Source: an uncultured Gemmatimonadaceae bacterium | GTDB lineage: Bacteria > Gemmatimonadota > Gemmatimonadetes > Gemmatimonadales > Gemmatimonadaceae | DNA length: 64,000 bases | NCBI GenBank assembly: GCA_963790305.1 | Contig: CAWBOC010000005.1 | Location: forward strand, 768,001-832,000 | Direction: 5' to 3' | Part shown: piece by piece, positions 1-9,209 of the stretch | Layout of the letters: each line of letters starts with the position of its first letter | Position numbering within the stretch: the first letter of the stretch is position 1 | Notes under the pieces: generated by a model | Told to the model about the DNA's origin: nothing | The model's input: the letters and a program-made list of their open reading frames with translations, nothing else | Databases searched by the model: none | Program-made: the position numbers and the translations under genes

Positions 1-1617
1 AACAAGGCGACCCGCGAGTTTCCGCCATCACTCGGGAAGCACTCTACCTCCCTCGCGGCGTGGGACTACCGCATTCAGTCCGGCCAGGCCGGGCGCGGAA
101 TGAGCAGCGCAGTCGACAACCTCGGACGGCAGCGTGCCCTGGCGATGTTCGCCGATTGGACCGACCGCATCGCGAAGGGCGAAGTACCGAGCACGGCGCC
201 GCGCCGGCCACAGGGCGTGGAGCGGAACGTCGTCATCACGCAGTGGGATTGGGCTGACCCGAAGTCCTATCTCCATGACGTCGTCTCGACCGATCGGCGG
301 AAGCCGACCGTGAACCCCAACGGCGCGCTCTATGGTGCGCTCGAGTTGAGCGCGGATTACCTCCCGGTGCTCGACCCGGTGCGTCACATCGCGTCCCGCG
401 TCCCGCTCACCGTTCGCGATCCGAGCACGCCGGCGACGAACCCATCGATGCCGCACCGTTCCCCGTATTGGGGCGATGAAGTGCTCTGGACCAGCAAGAA
501 CAACGTGCACAATCCGATGCTCGACGAGCGCGGTCGTGTCTGGATCACATCGGCGGTGCGCGCTCCCGACAACCCGCCGTTCTGCACGGCAGGATCGACC
601 CATCCGTCGGCGAAGCTCTTTCCGGTCGCGCGCGCAAGTCGCCATCTGGCGGTCTACGATCCGAAAACGAAAGAGCTCAAGCACATCAGCACCTGCTTCG
701 GCACGCACCATCTGATGTTCGCCGAGGATGCGAACAACACGCTGTGGACGAGCGGAGGCGGGCCGGTCGTCGGCTGGTTGAACACGAAGCTCTACGACGA
801 AACGGGAGATGAGGAGCGCTCGCAGGGCTGGACGGCGCTCGTCATCGACGCCAACGGCAACGGCAGGCGCGACGAGTACGTCGAGCCGGATGCGCCGCTC
901 GATCCGACCAAGGACAAGCGCATCGCCGCCGGCCTCTATGCGGTGGCGCCGGCGTCCGATGGGTCGGTGTGGGGATCGTCGTTAGGCTTCCCCGGCTCGA
1001 TCATTCGCTTGAATCCCGGCGCGAACCCGCCGGCAACGGCGCTCGCCGAGATCTATGAGCTGCCGTGGAACAACCCTAAGGCCACCGTTCAAGGCTTCTC
1101 CCCGCGCGGGATGGACATCGACCGCAACGGCGTCGTCTGGGCAGCGCTCGCGAGCGGGCACCTTGCCAGCTTCGATCGGCGCAAGTGCACGGGACCGTTG
1201 AACGGTCCGACCGCGACAGGGCAGCACTGCCCGGAAGGATGGACGTTCTACAGGGAGCCGTTGCCGCAGATGCAAGGCGTAACTGATCCCGGGAGCGCCG
1301 AGGCGAGCTATTACACCTGGGTCGATCAGTTCAACACGTTCGGGTTAGGCGCGAACATCCCGATTAACACCGGCAATCTGTCAGAAGGGCTGCTGGTACT
1401 GAAGGACGGGCAATGGATCATTCTGCGCGTTCCGTATCCACTCGGCTTTTTCACCAAGTGGCTGGATGGGCGCATCGACAATCCGGCCACGGGGTGGAAG
1501 GGTCGTGGGCTGTGGGCGACCATCAGCACGCGCGCACCGTTCCATATGGAGGGTGGCAAGGGAACGACGAGTAAGGTCATGAAGTTCCAGCTGCGACCTG
1601 ATCCGCTCGCCAGGTAG
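1..1617 (+). CDS. 5'-truncated beta-propeller (Vgb/NHL-like) protein of the carboxypeptidase-regulatory-domain-containing family
   Basis: Frame is open from base 1 (NKATREFP...), so the start lies upstream of the window. Repeated W/D-rich propeller strands (DERGRVW, DGSVW, DRNGVVW); ends FQLRPDPLAR. Confidence 0.6.
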   Translation, partial: NKATREFPPSLGKHSTSLAAWDYRIQSGQAGRGMSSAVDNLGRQRALAMFADWTDRIAKGEVPSTAPRRPQGVERNVVITQWDWADPKSYLHDVVSTDRRKPTVNPNGALYGALELSADYLPVLDPVRHIASRVPLTVRDPSTPATNPSMPHRSPYWGDEVLWTSKNNVHNPMLDERGRVWITSAVRAPDNPPFCTAGSTHPSAKLFPVARASRHLAVYDPKTKELKHISTCFGTHHLMFAEDANNTLWTSGGGPVVGWLNTKLYDETGDEERSQGWTALVIDANGNGRRDEYVEPDAPLDPTKDKRIAAGLYAVAPASDGSVWGSSLGFPGSIIRLNPGANPPATALAEIYELPWNNPKATVQGFSPRGMDIDRNGVVWAALASGHLASFDRRKCTGPLNGPTATGQHCPEGWTFYREPLPQMQGVTDPGSAEASYYTWVDQFNTFGLGANIPINTGNLSEGLLVLKDGQWIILRVPYPLGFFTKWLDGRIDNPATGWKGRGLWATISTRAPFHMEGGKGTTSKVMKFQLRPDPLAR

Positions 1618-1632
1618 GGCACCGCGCGACGC

Positions 1633-2277
1633 GTGCCCCATCCCCGGTCACAGCTCGCCGAGGAGTTCGGCGAGATCGACATCTATCTGTTCGACCAGCT
1701 CCTGCGCGCCCGGATCATACCGGGGATGACGGTGCTGGACGCGGGCTGCGGCCACGGTCGTAACCTCGTCTATCTGATGAGGAACGGGTACGAGGTGATG
1801 GGAGTCGACGAGGACCGCGCCGCGATCGACGCGGTGCGACGTCACGCCGCGGAGTTGGCTCCGCATCTACCGCCGCAGAACTTCCGCGTCGAGCCGATCG
1901 AGCACATGAGCTTGGCCGATGCGGTCGTCGACGTCGTCATTGGCAACGCCGTGCTTCACTTTGCGCGCGATGAACCGCACTTCGCTGCCATGCTCAACGA
2001 GATGTGGCGTGTCCTGCGGCCCGGTGGAATGCTGTTCTGCCGCCTTGCGTCGACGATTGGCATGGAAGGCCGCTTCCGTCACATATCCGGCCGCCGGTTT
2101 CAGCTTCTGGACGGCTCGGAGCGCTTTCTCGTCGACGAACCAATGCTCATGGACGCGACCGTGCGCCTTGGAGGTGACCTGCTCGATCCGCTGAAGACGA
2201 CCGTCGTGCAGAATCTGCGCTGCATGACGACGTGGGTCGCGCGAAAACGGCCCACCGCGAAGAGAGCGGGGGCGTGA
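1633..2277 (+). CDS. class I SAM-dependent methyltransferase
   Basis: Motif I VLDAGCGHG and later RVLRPGG. Confidence 0.85.
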   Translation: MPHPRSQLAEEFGEIDIYLFDQLLRARIIPGMTVLDAGCGHGRNLVYLMRNGYEVMGVDEDRAAIDAVRRHAAELAPHLPPQNFRVEPIEHMSLADAVVDVVIGNAVLHFARDEPHFAAMLNEMWRVLRPGGMLFCRLASTIGMEGRFRHISGRRFQLLDGSERFLVDEPMLMDATVRLGGDLLDPLKTTVVQNLRCMTTWVARKRPTAKRAGA

Positions 2278-2287
2278 CCGTATCTTC

Positions 2288-3346
2288 GTGACACTCCTGA
2301 TCTACGGCTCCACCGGCTACACCGGGCGCCTCATCGTTGCGGAAGCGCTCGCGCGCGGGCTACGCCCGATACTTGCCGGCCGCAACGCCGAGACCGTGCG
2401 AGTCCACGCCCAGTCGCTGGGCCTGGAGTGGCACGCGGCGAGGATCGATGATCCCACTGCGCTGGATGCCGCCCTCACGAACGCCGCCGTCGTGCTGCAT
2501 TGCGCGGGGCCCTTTGCGCACACCTGGCGCGCGATGTCCGATGCCTGCCTGCGCCGGCGTGCACATTATCTCGACATCACCGGAGAGATCGCGGTATTCG
2601 AGGGACTTGCCCGACGCGACGCCGAGGCGCGAGCGGCCGGAATCATGCTACTCCCCGGTGTGGGCTTCGATGTGGTGCCTTCAGACTGTCTGGCAGCGCA
2701 TCTCGCCCGCCGATTGCCTAACGCCGAGAGGCTCTCCCTCGCGTTTCGCGCGGTCGGTGGGGCTTCACGTGGAACCCTCACCACGATGGTCGAGAACCTC
2801 GGATCACCAGGCGCGATACGACGCGACGGGAAGATCGTCGCGGTACCACAGGCGTGGCGTACGCGCCGGATCGACTTCGGTGACGGCAAGCTACGAGACG
2901 CGACCACGATCCCGTGGGGCGACGTGTCCACGGCGTTTCACAGCACGGGCATTCCCGCCATCGAGGTATACGTCAGCATGCGGCCAGCGCTCCGCCGCGC
3001 CGCCATCGCCTCGCGCTGGCTCGGCCCCGTGCTCCGCAGTGGCATCGTCCGTCGCGTGCTCACCGCGTGGGTGCGCCGCGGCGCACCAGGCCCGAGCGAT
3101 GGAGACCGCCAGCGGGGTGCGAGTCTACTCTGGGGAGAAGCGACGGCGGCGACCGGTGAACGTGTGCAATCCAGGCTCCGCGGAGCGAGCGGTTACGTCC
3201 TGACCGCGCAAGCCGCCGTGCACCTCGCGGCGAAAGCGCTGGCAGGAGAAGCTCCTTCGGGATTTCAGACGCCTTCTCGAGCGTATGGGCCGGATGTGAT
3301 CCTGGAGATACCCGGCGTCACGCGCACCGACGTCACGCCCGCCTAA
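2288..3346 (+). CDS. saccharopine dehydrogenase-like NAD(P)-binding oxidoreductase
   Basis: Rossmann YGSTGYTG; HCAGPF, YLDITGE and GVGFDVVPSD family motifs. Confidence 0.85.
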   Translation: MTLLIYGSTGYTGRLIVAEALARGLRPILAGRNAETVRVHAQSLGLEWHAARIDDPTALDAALTNAAVVLHCAGPFAHTWRAMSDACLRRRAHYLDITGEIAVFEGLARRDAEARAAGIMLLPGVGFDVVPSDCLAAHLARRLPNAERLSLAFRAVGGASRGTLTTMVENLGSPGAIRRDGKIVAVPQAWRTRRIDFGDGKLRDATTIPWGDVSTAFHSTGIPAIEVYVSMRPALRRAAIASRWLGPVLRSGIVRRVLTAWVRRGAPGPSDGDRQRGASLLWGEATAATGERVQSRLRGASGYVLTAQAAVHLAAKALAGEAPSGFQTPSRAYGPDVILEIPGVTRTDVTPA

Positions 3347-3725
3347 CGTCGGCTTCGTCCCCGGAAGCTGCGGGCGGGTGCCCGAGGGCGGTTCCGAGCA
3401 GGGTCGCCGCGTATGCCGCGGCGACTAGGAGCGCGAGCAAACCCACGTTGCGATGCGGAGGCAGCGCCGCGTACGCGTGGAATACGATTGCGGCGACGGC
3501 TGCGCCGACGGCGAGCCGACGTGCGCTCCGGTGCTGGCGCCAGAGGGAGAGAGCTGCCAGCGCGATGAGCAGGCTCACCGTCGTGCCAACCAGGCCAATG
3601 ATCAGTGGCTGGACTTCTCCGCCGCGAATGCCGCGAACGAGAAGCTCATCTACCGCGCCGAAGCCGAGGAAAATCGCCACGAGAATGCCGAGGGCGACGA
3701 CCGCGCCGCGCAACATGACCGTCAT
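3333..3725 (-). CDS. hypothetical membrane protein (about 4 TM)
   Basis: ATG at 3725 preceded by GGAGG; four hydrophobic segments. Confidence 0.6.
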   Translation of the reverse strand: MTVMLRGAVVALGILVAIFLGFGAVDELLVRGIRGGEVQPLIIGLVGTTVSLLIALAALSLWRQHRSARRLAVGAAVAAIVFHAYAALPPHRNVGLLALLVAAAYAATLLGTALGHPPAASGDEADVRRA

Positions 3726-3876
3726 TTGCGCCTCCAGAGTGAGCGTGTGCAGTATGGACAAGGCGATGGAGCTGTGACCATAGCGAGCAGTGGCCGCGCG
3801 CGCATGAAAGAAGCGTGAGTGCGGCGTGAAGATTCCATTACAGCCGGACGTCATCTACTTACGCGGTGGCAAAACG

Positions 3877-5200
3877 ATGGCGAAGGAAGAGCCAGCCGAG
3901 GTCCTGTCGATCGAGGGTCACGACGTCCGGATAACCAATCCGGACAAGCCGTACTTCACGCGAGCGGTCAAGCTCTCGAAGCTGGAGCTGGTGCAGTACT
4001 ATCTCTCGGTCGCCCCGGGTGCGGTCGCCGGCATCCGCGATCGCCCCCTCGTGCTCAAGCGCTATGTGAATGGCGCCGAACGCGAGCCGTTCTACCAGAA
4101 GCGAGCGCCTGAGAGCCGGCCGGCATGGCTGAAGACGGTCACACTCTCGTTTCCTTCCGGGCGCACCGCCGAGGAGATCGTCGTCGACAATGCCGCGGGT
4201 CTCGCGTGGGTCGTGAATCTGGGATGCATCGAGCTGCACCCGCACGCTGTACGGGCGACCGATCTCGATCACCCCAATGAGCTGCGCATCGACCTCGATC
4301 CGGGCCCGGGCGTCGAGTGGAACGACGTGCGGCGCGTCGCGATCGAGGCGAAGACGCTCCTGGAGGAAGTGGGACTGCGTGGGTGGCCCAAGACGAGCGG
4401 CTCGCGGGGGATGCACATCAACGTCCGCATCCATCAACGGTGGACGTTTACCGAAGTCCGCCGTGCCGCGCTGGCGTTCTCACGGGAGATCGAGCGACGT
4501 GCTCCGGCGCTGGCGACGTCGAAATGGTGGAAGGAGGAGCGCCGGGGCGTCTTTCTCGATTACAACCAGAACGCCAAGGATCGGACGACCTGCTCCGCGT
4601 ACTCCGTGCGTCCGCTTCCCGATACGCGCGTCTCGGCGCCGCTGCACTGGGAAGAGGTCCCGGAGTGTGAGCCCGCCGACTTCACGGTGCTCACGATGCC
4701 CGCGCGCCTAACCGCGATGGGGGACCCGCATAGCGCGATGGACGAGCATCCCGGATCGCTCGAGGGGTTGCTCGAGCTGGCGGAGCGCGACGAGGCCGCC
4801 GGCCTGGGTGACGCGCCCTGGCCGCCGCATTTCCGCAAGAATGGAAGGAGAAGGGGCGCGTGTTGCCCCCTCTCGCGCAAAGGGCGCGCGCAAGGCAGCG
4901 AAGAAAACGCCGGCCAAGCCGCGAGCGAAAATGCCGTTGATCGTCGTCGCGAATTCCACGGACAAGGAAGCCGCGCTGGCCGGGCTCGAGCGATGGAAGG
5001 CCAAGCATCCCGAGGCCGCATCTCACCTGGCGACCGATGATGTGTTGGTCGATTCCATGAGAGGACGGTCGTCGACGTGGACGCGCATTCGGGTGAACCT
5101 GCGCCACGTTCCGGAGGAGATCAGGCCGGCGCAGGAGACGCCTGACCCGGACGACGACCCGACGCGCGCGTGGAGGGAGGCGCGTCGTCCCCGCTCATGA
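3877..5200 (+). CDS. stand-alone LigD-type primase-polymerase (PolD/Prim-Pol family); one frameshift near 4840
   Basis: RIDLDP, KTSGSRGMH, DYNQN and YSVR motifs. Reading continues in another frame (PPHFRK-MEGEGARVAPSRA...VDSMRGRSSTWTRIRVNL). Confidence 0.85.
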
Positions 5201-5206
5201 CGGCCC

Positions 5207-5353
5207 GCAACGGCAACGGCAACAGCTTTCTTAACGCAGAGGTCGCAGAGGATGCAGAGGAGATTCAACTGCTAAGGCTTTTCCAAAAAGCCTTGTGTTG
5301 AAGTTCCTCTGCGTCCTCTGCGTCCTCTGCGTTCAAAAAGCCGTTGCCGTTGC
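5207..5353. repeat. long imperfect palindrome with (CGCAGAGGN)3 arms between convergent genes
   Basis: Left arm GCAACGGCAAC...AACGCAGAGGTCGCAGAGGATGCAGAGG; right arm CCTCTGCGTCCTCTGCGTCCTCTGCGTT...GCCGTTGCCGTTGC. Confidence 0.85.
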
Positions 5354-5363
5354 ACCGGTTCCA

Positions 5364-6449
5364 TTACCTCGGCGCAAAGATCTCGGACAGCTCGTGCGGC
5401 GGCACGACCTCCAGCTGCTCGTACGTGCAGTCGGTAGGCTTCTTGTCTGTCCGCCATCGCCGAAACTGCGCGGTGTGTCGGAAACGGTCGCCTTGCATGT
5501 GGTCGTACGCGACCTGAACGACCAGCTCCGGCCGCAGCGGCTCCCATGACAAATCCTTCCCCTGACTCCAACGGCTCGTCGCCCCCGGCCGCCGGTGCAT
5601 CTCGGCTTCCTCGGGAGACTGATGCTCCGCCCACCCGCGCCACGGATGATTCTCGAGGGCATTTTCGCGGAATGGCTCGAGAAACTGCACCAGCTCGAGA
5701 CGCTTCGCATCGGTGAAGCTCGCGCACACGCCGACATGCTCGAGACTGCCAGTGTCACTGTAGAGACCCAGCAACAACGACCCGACCGAGGTCTTCTGGC
5801 CGCGCTTGTGCCACCGAAACCCGGCGACGACGCAGTCGCATTCCCGCTCATGCTTCACCTTCAGCATGACACGCTTGTTCGGTTCGTAGAGCCCGGTCTG
5901 GAGCTTCGCGATCACCCCGTCGAGGCCCGCGCCCTCGAACCGCCGAAACCAGTCTGCAGCGATCCCACGATCGCGCGTCGCCGGCGTGAGATGAATCGGC
6001 GGCGCGGCGTCACCGAGCAGTGACTCGAGCCGGGTGCGTCGCTCGACGAACGGAGTGCTCCGCAGATCGCGGTCGCCTTCGCAGAGCAGATCGAAGAACA
6101 CGACCGACGCGGGGATCTCACAGGAGAGCAGCTTCACTCGCGATGCCGCGGGATGCAGTCGCAGCTGCAGCGAATCGAAGTCGAGACCGCCGTCGCGCGC
6201 GATGACGAGCTCGCCATCGAGCGCGCACTGCGTCGGTAGGTGCGCCTTCAGCGGATCGACGAGCTCAGGGAAATAACGATTGAGCGGCTTCTCATCGCGA
6301 CTCTGGATGAAGACCTCGTCGCCATCGCGGAAGATGAGCGTCCGGAAGCCGTCCCACTTGGGCTCGAAGATCCATCCTTCGCCGGGCGGTAGCTCGCTGA
6401 CACGCTTGGCGAGCATGGGCAGAACCGGCGGATTGACCGGAAGCTGCAT
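5364..6449 (-). CDS. ligC: ATP-dependent DNA ligase, LigC type
   Basis: EPKWDGFR adenylation motif, LDGE, DGVIAK, MLKVKH, RFRH; starts MQLPVNPPVLPMLAK; no polymerase or nuclease domain. Confidence 0.85.
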   Translation of the reverse strand: MQLPVNPPVLPMLAKRVSELPPGEGWIFEPKWDGFRTLIFRDGDEVFIQSRDEKPLNRYFPELVDPLKAHLPTQCALDGELVIARDGGLDFDSLQLRLHPAASRVKLLSCEIPASVVFFDLLCEGDRDLRSTPFVERRTRLESLLGDAAPPIHLTPATRDRGIAADWFRRFEGAGLDGVIAKLQTGLYEPNKRVMLKVKHERECDCVVAGFRWHKRGQKTSVGSLLLGLYSDTGSLEHVGVCASFTDAKRLELVQFLEPFRENALENHPWRGWAEHQSPEEAEMHRRPGATSRWSQGKDLSWEPLRPELVVQVAYDHMQGDRFRHTAQFRRWRTDKKPTDCTYEQLEVVPPHELSEIFAPR

Positions 6450-6451
6450 GC

Positions 6452-6944
6452 CTACCGCAGCAACTTTTCGTAGCGCCAGATCTCCAGCGGAAATGCGCCG
6501 CTCGATGCTTCCGCCTGGTAGGCCTCGGCTCCTGCGCGCCGCCACCCGCGCTTTTCGTAGAATCGCGCGGCTCGCTCGTTTCCAATCGCGCACGCGAGCC
6601 ACGCGGTCTCGACGCCAGACGCGGCCAGCTGTTCTTCGGCATCGTCAATCAGAACCGCCGCTGCACCCGAGCCCCGTGAGCGCGCCGCCACGTAGAGCTG
6701 ATAGAGCTCATCGCCCTTGATCATGGAGAAACCCACCGGCCCTGCATCATCGCGAATGACACGCACAGTCGGGAGCGCCGATCGAATCCTCTCTCGGAAG
6801 CTCTCCAGGGTACGCTGTCGAGCAAGCTCGGCTGGCAGAATGGGTGCGTGCGCGTCATGCCAGCCCTCATGCCAGATGCTGGCGAGCCGATCGAATGTCC
6901 GCTTCCACGGCATCGCTCACACTCATACTGTCGGTCACACTCAT
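6452..6944 (-). CDS. GNAT family N-acetyltransferase (probable frameshift near 6895)
   Basis: QLYVAARSRGSGAA and NERAARFYEKRGW motifs; ATG overlaps the upstream stop (ATGA at 6944-6941). Confidence 0.8.
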
Positions 6945-8281
6945 ACGGTCGGTGTCCAGTTAGGCGCGTAGTCCCGCTGCCAGTGCTTCATCGCGGCCTG
7001 GTCACCGACGATACGTCCGGACTTCGGGTCCGTCTGCAACTTGCGGCCGGTGTACTGCGCAATGTTTCCCAGATGGCAGAGCAGAATACTCTTCGCGACC
7101 TCAGAGACGGGCGATCGTAGCACTTCTCCCGTTCGCACGGCGGCGGCGAAGTTCTCAATGTGCGCGCTCGTCTGCGCATCGTTGCCGGCGAAGTCGAGAC
7201 CGTCAGTGATCACCGCCTCGTGCACCTCGCGAACAACCGACCCCTTTACGTCATACTGGACGTAGCCGGCACGGTCGAGCACGATCGATCCCTCCGTTCC
7301 GAGCACCTGCGTCCCGCGCCCGCGGCCGAGGGTCTGAGAGCCGTTACAGCTCTGCCCCTGCCAGGTGATGGTCCTTCCATCGTCGAACTCGAACACCGCT
7401 TCCTGCGTATCGGTGAACTCCCAGTCATCATCGAAGTGAAAGCGACCGCCGGCTGACGCGACCCGCGTCGGATAGTCGACGCCCAGCGCCCACCGAGCGA
7501 CGTCGATCTCATGCGTGCCGTTGTTACAGATCTCGCCCGTACCCCAGCGCCGGAACCAGTGCCAGTTGTAATGCACGACGTTGTCGCGGTAGGGCGTCCG
7601 CGGCGCCGGGCCCTGCCACAGCTCATAGTCCAGGTGGGACGGCTTCGGCACCGCTTTGCCGCGCCCAATGGTGCCGCGCGTGTTGGCATACCACGCACGC
7701 GCGAGATACGGACGGCCAATGACCCCGTCACGAATCGCCTGAATGGCCTCGATCGATCGCACGCCGGAGCGCTGCTGGTTGCCGACCTGTACGACTCGCG
7801 AGTACTTCCGCTGAGCGGCAACCAGTAGCTCCAGCTCGCGCGCGTTGTGACTGGCGGGCTTCTCGACGTAGACGTGCTTTCCCGCCTTGAGCGCCAGAAT
7901 CGCCGCTGGGGCGTGCCAGTGATCGGGGACGGCGATCACGAGCGCGTCGACATTCGTGTCGTCGAGCGCGCGTCGGAAATCGCTGATGGCCTTGGGTGAC
8001 CTGGCAGCATCCTGCTGGAGCTCGCCCTGCGCCTTGGCGAGGACGACGGCGTCGACATCGCAGAGGTAGGCGACCTCGGTGTTCTGCGAGCGCATGAAGT
8101 TGCGCGCGAGCACCATCCCTCGCCCATTCAGCCCCATGACCGCGACGACCACCTTCTCGCTCGGCGATCCTCGGAAGTAGAGTGCCGGCGATGGAACGTG
8201 AGTCGCGGTCACCAGGCCGAGTCCCGCGAGCGATGTGTCGCGGAGGAACTCTCGGCGATCGAGGGTCGGCTTCCTGGTCAT
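6941..8281 (-). CDS. Tat-exported Gfo/Idh/MocA family oxidoreductase
   Basis: DRREFL twin-arginine signal; GLNGRG, PDHWH, HVYVEKP, HEID motifs. Confidence 0.9.
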   Translation of the reverse strand: MTRKPTLDRREFLRDTSLAGLGLVTATHVPSPALYFRGSPSEKVVVAVMGLNGRGMVLARNFMRSQNTEVAYLCDVDAVVLAKAQGELQQDAARSPKAISDFRRALDDTNVDALVIAVPDHWHAPAAILALKAGKHVYVEKPASHNARELELLVAAQRKYSRVVQVGNQQRSGVRSIEAIQAIRDGVIGRPYLARAWYANTRGTIGRGKAVPKPSHLDYELWQGPAPRTPYRDNVVHYNWHWFRRWGTGEICNNGTHEIDVARWALGVDYPTRVASAGGRFHFDDDWEFTDTQEAVFEFDDGRTITWQGQSCNGSQTLGRGRGTQVLGTEGSIVLDRAGYVQYDVKGSVVREVHEAVITDGLDFAGNDAQTSAHIENFAAAVRTGEVLRSPVSEVAKSILLCHLGNIAQYTGRKLQTDPKSGRIVGDQAAMKHWQRDYAPNWTPTV

Positions 8282-8304
8282 GCGGTGTGCCTCCTCGTTG
8301 TGCG

Positions 8305-9078
8305 CTAGCGCGAGGCGTCGTTCAGCTCGCGAATCCTGATGCGTCGAAAATGGACCTCGTCGCCGTGGTCCTGGAGGACGATGTGGCCACGACGACGCTC
8401 GGCGAATGCGGGAATCGGTTTGTACTTGCTCTTGTGAAGCAGCGAGTCCAGTCGAGGCGTGCCGAGGTCGAACTCCACGATCTTCACGCCGTTGAGCCAA
8501 TGCTCGCCGTGATTCCCGCGGAGGAGAATGCGGGCGCTGTTCCACTCGCCCACCGGATGCAGTCGCTTCGCTGCGCCTGGCTCGATGACGTCGTACAGCG
8601 AGCCCGACCGGTGGCTCGCGATCTTGTTGTCAGGATGCAAGACATCATCGAGCACCTGGTACTCGAAGCCGAGGGCGGCGTGATTCGACGCGTGCTTCAA
8701 CGACAGCTCCTCTGAGACGTTGTATTTCACGCCGCTGTTCGCTCCGGGCGTCACGCGCCACTCGAACGCGAGCTCGAAGTCGCGAAAGGATTCAATCGTC
8801 ATCAGGTCGCCACCCGCTGCCGGCTGCCCGTCAGCTTGCCGCTGCACTGTGGCGGTCGGAGTCTTCACGATCGCCCCGTCAATGACGCGCCAATGTGCGC
8901 TCGGCACGCTGTCGTAGCCGAGGCCGCGCCATCCATTCAGCGACGTCCCATCGAAGAGAAGCCGCCAGCCTGCCGCGCGTTCGGCCGCGGTGAGCTCGTT
9001 GGAACTCTGCGCCGCGGCCAGTCCAACGATTGTGTAGCTGGCTGCCGCGAGCGCGATACGAGCGAGACAGATACGCAT
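8305..9078 (-). CDS. DUF1080 / 3-keto-glycoside hydrolase family secreted protein
   Basis: Signal peptide; LLFDG..L.GW, NSGVKY, EYQVLD, LQDHG..V.FRRI. Confidence 0.85.
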   Translation of the reverse strand: MRICLARIALAAASYTIVGLAAAQSSNELTAAERAAGWRLLFDGTSLNGWRGLGYDSVPSAHWRVIDGAIVKTPTATVQRQADGQPAAGGDLMTIESFRDFELAFEWRVTPGANSGVKYNVSEELSLKHASNHAALGFEYQVLDDVLHPDNKIASHRSGSLYDVIEPGAAKRLHPVGEWNSARILLRGNHGEHWLNGVKIVEFDLGTPRLDSLLHKSKYKPIPAFAERRRGHIVLQDHGDEVHFRRIRIRELNDASR

Positions 9079-9209
9079 AGTCGGATTCTACTACTTGCGC
9101 CGTTTTGTCGCGAGAACTCCCTGGATGCCCGCCGCGAGGGAAGCAGACAGTGGCGCAATCGTGCCAGCCGCGGTACATGTAGGCAGTCCATTTCCTGTCC
9201 GGTCACGAG

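Noticed and set aside
6914..6950. Imperfect 18-bp tandem duplication (TCACACTCATAC twice) at the GNAT start
   Set aside because: Only two copies, giving alternative MSV starts; no sign of a larger element.
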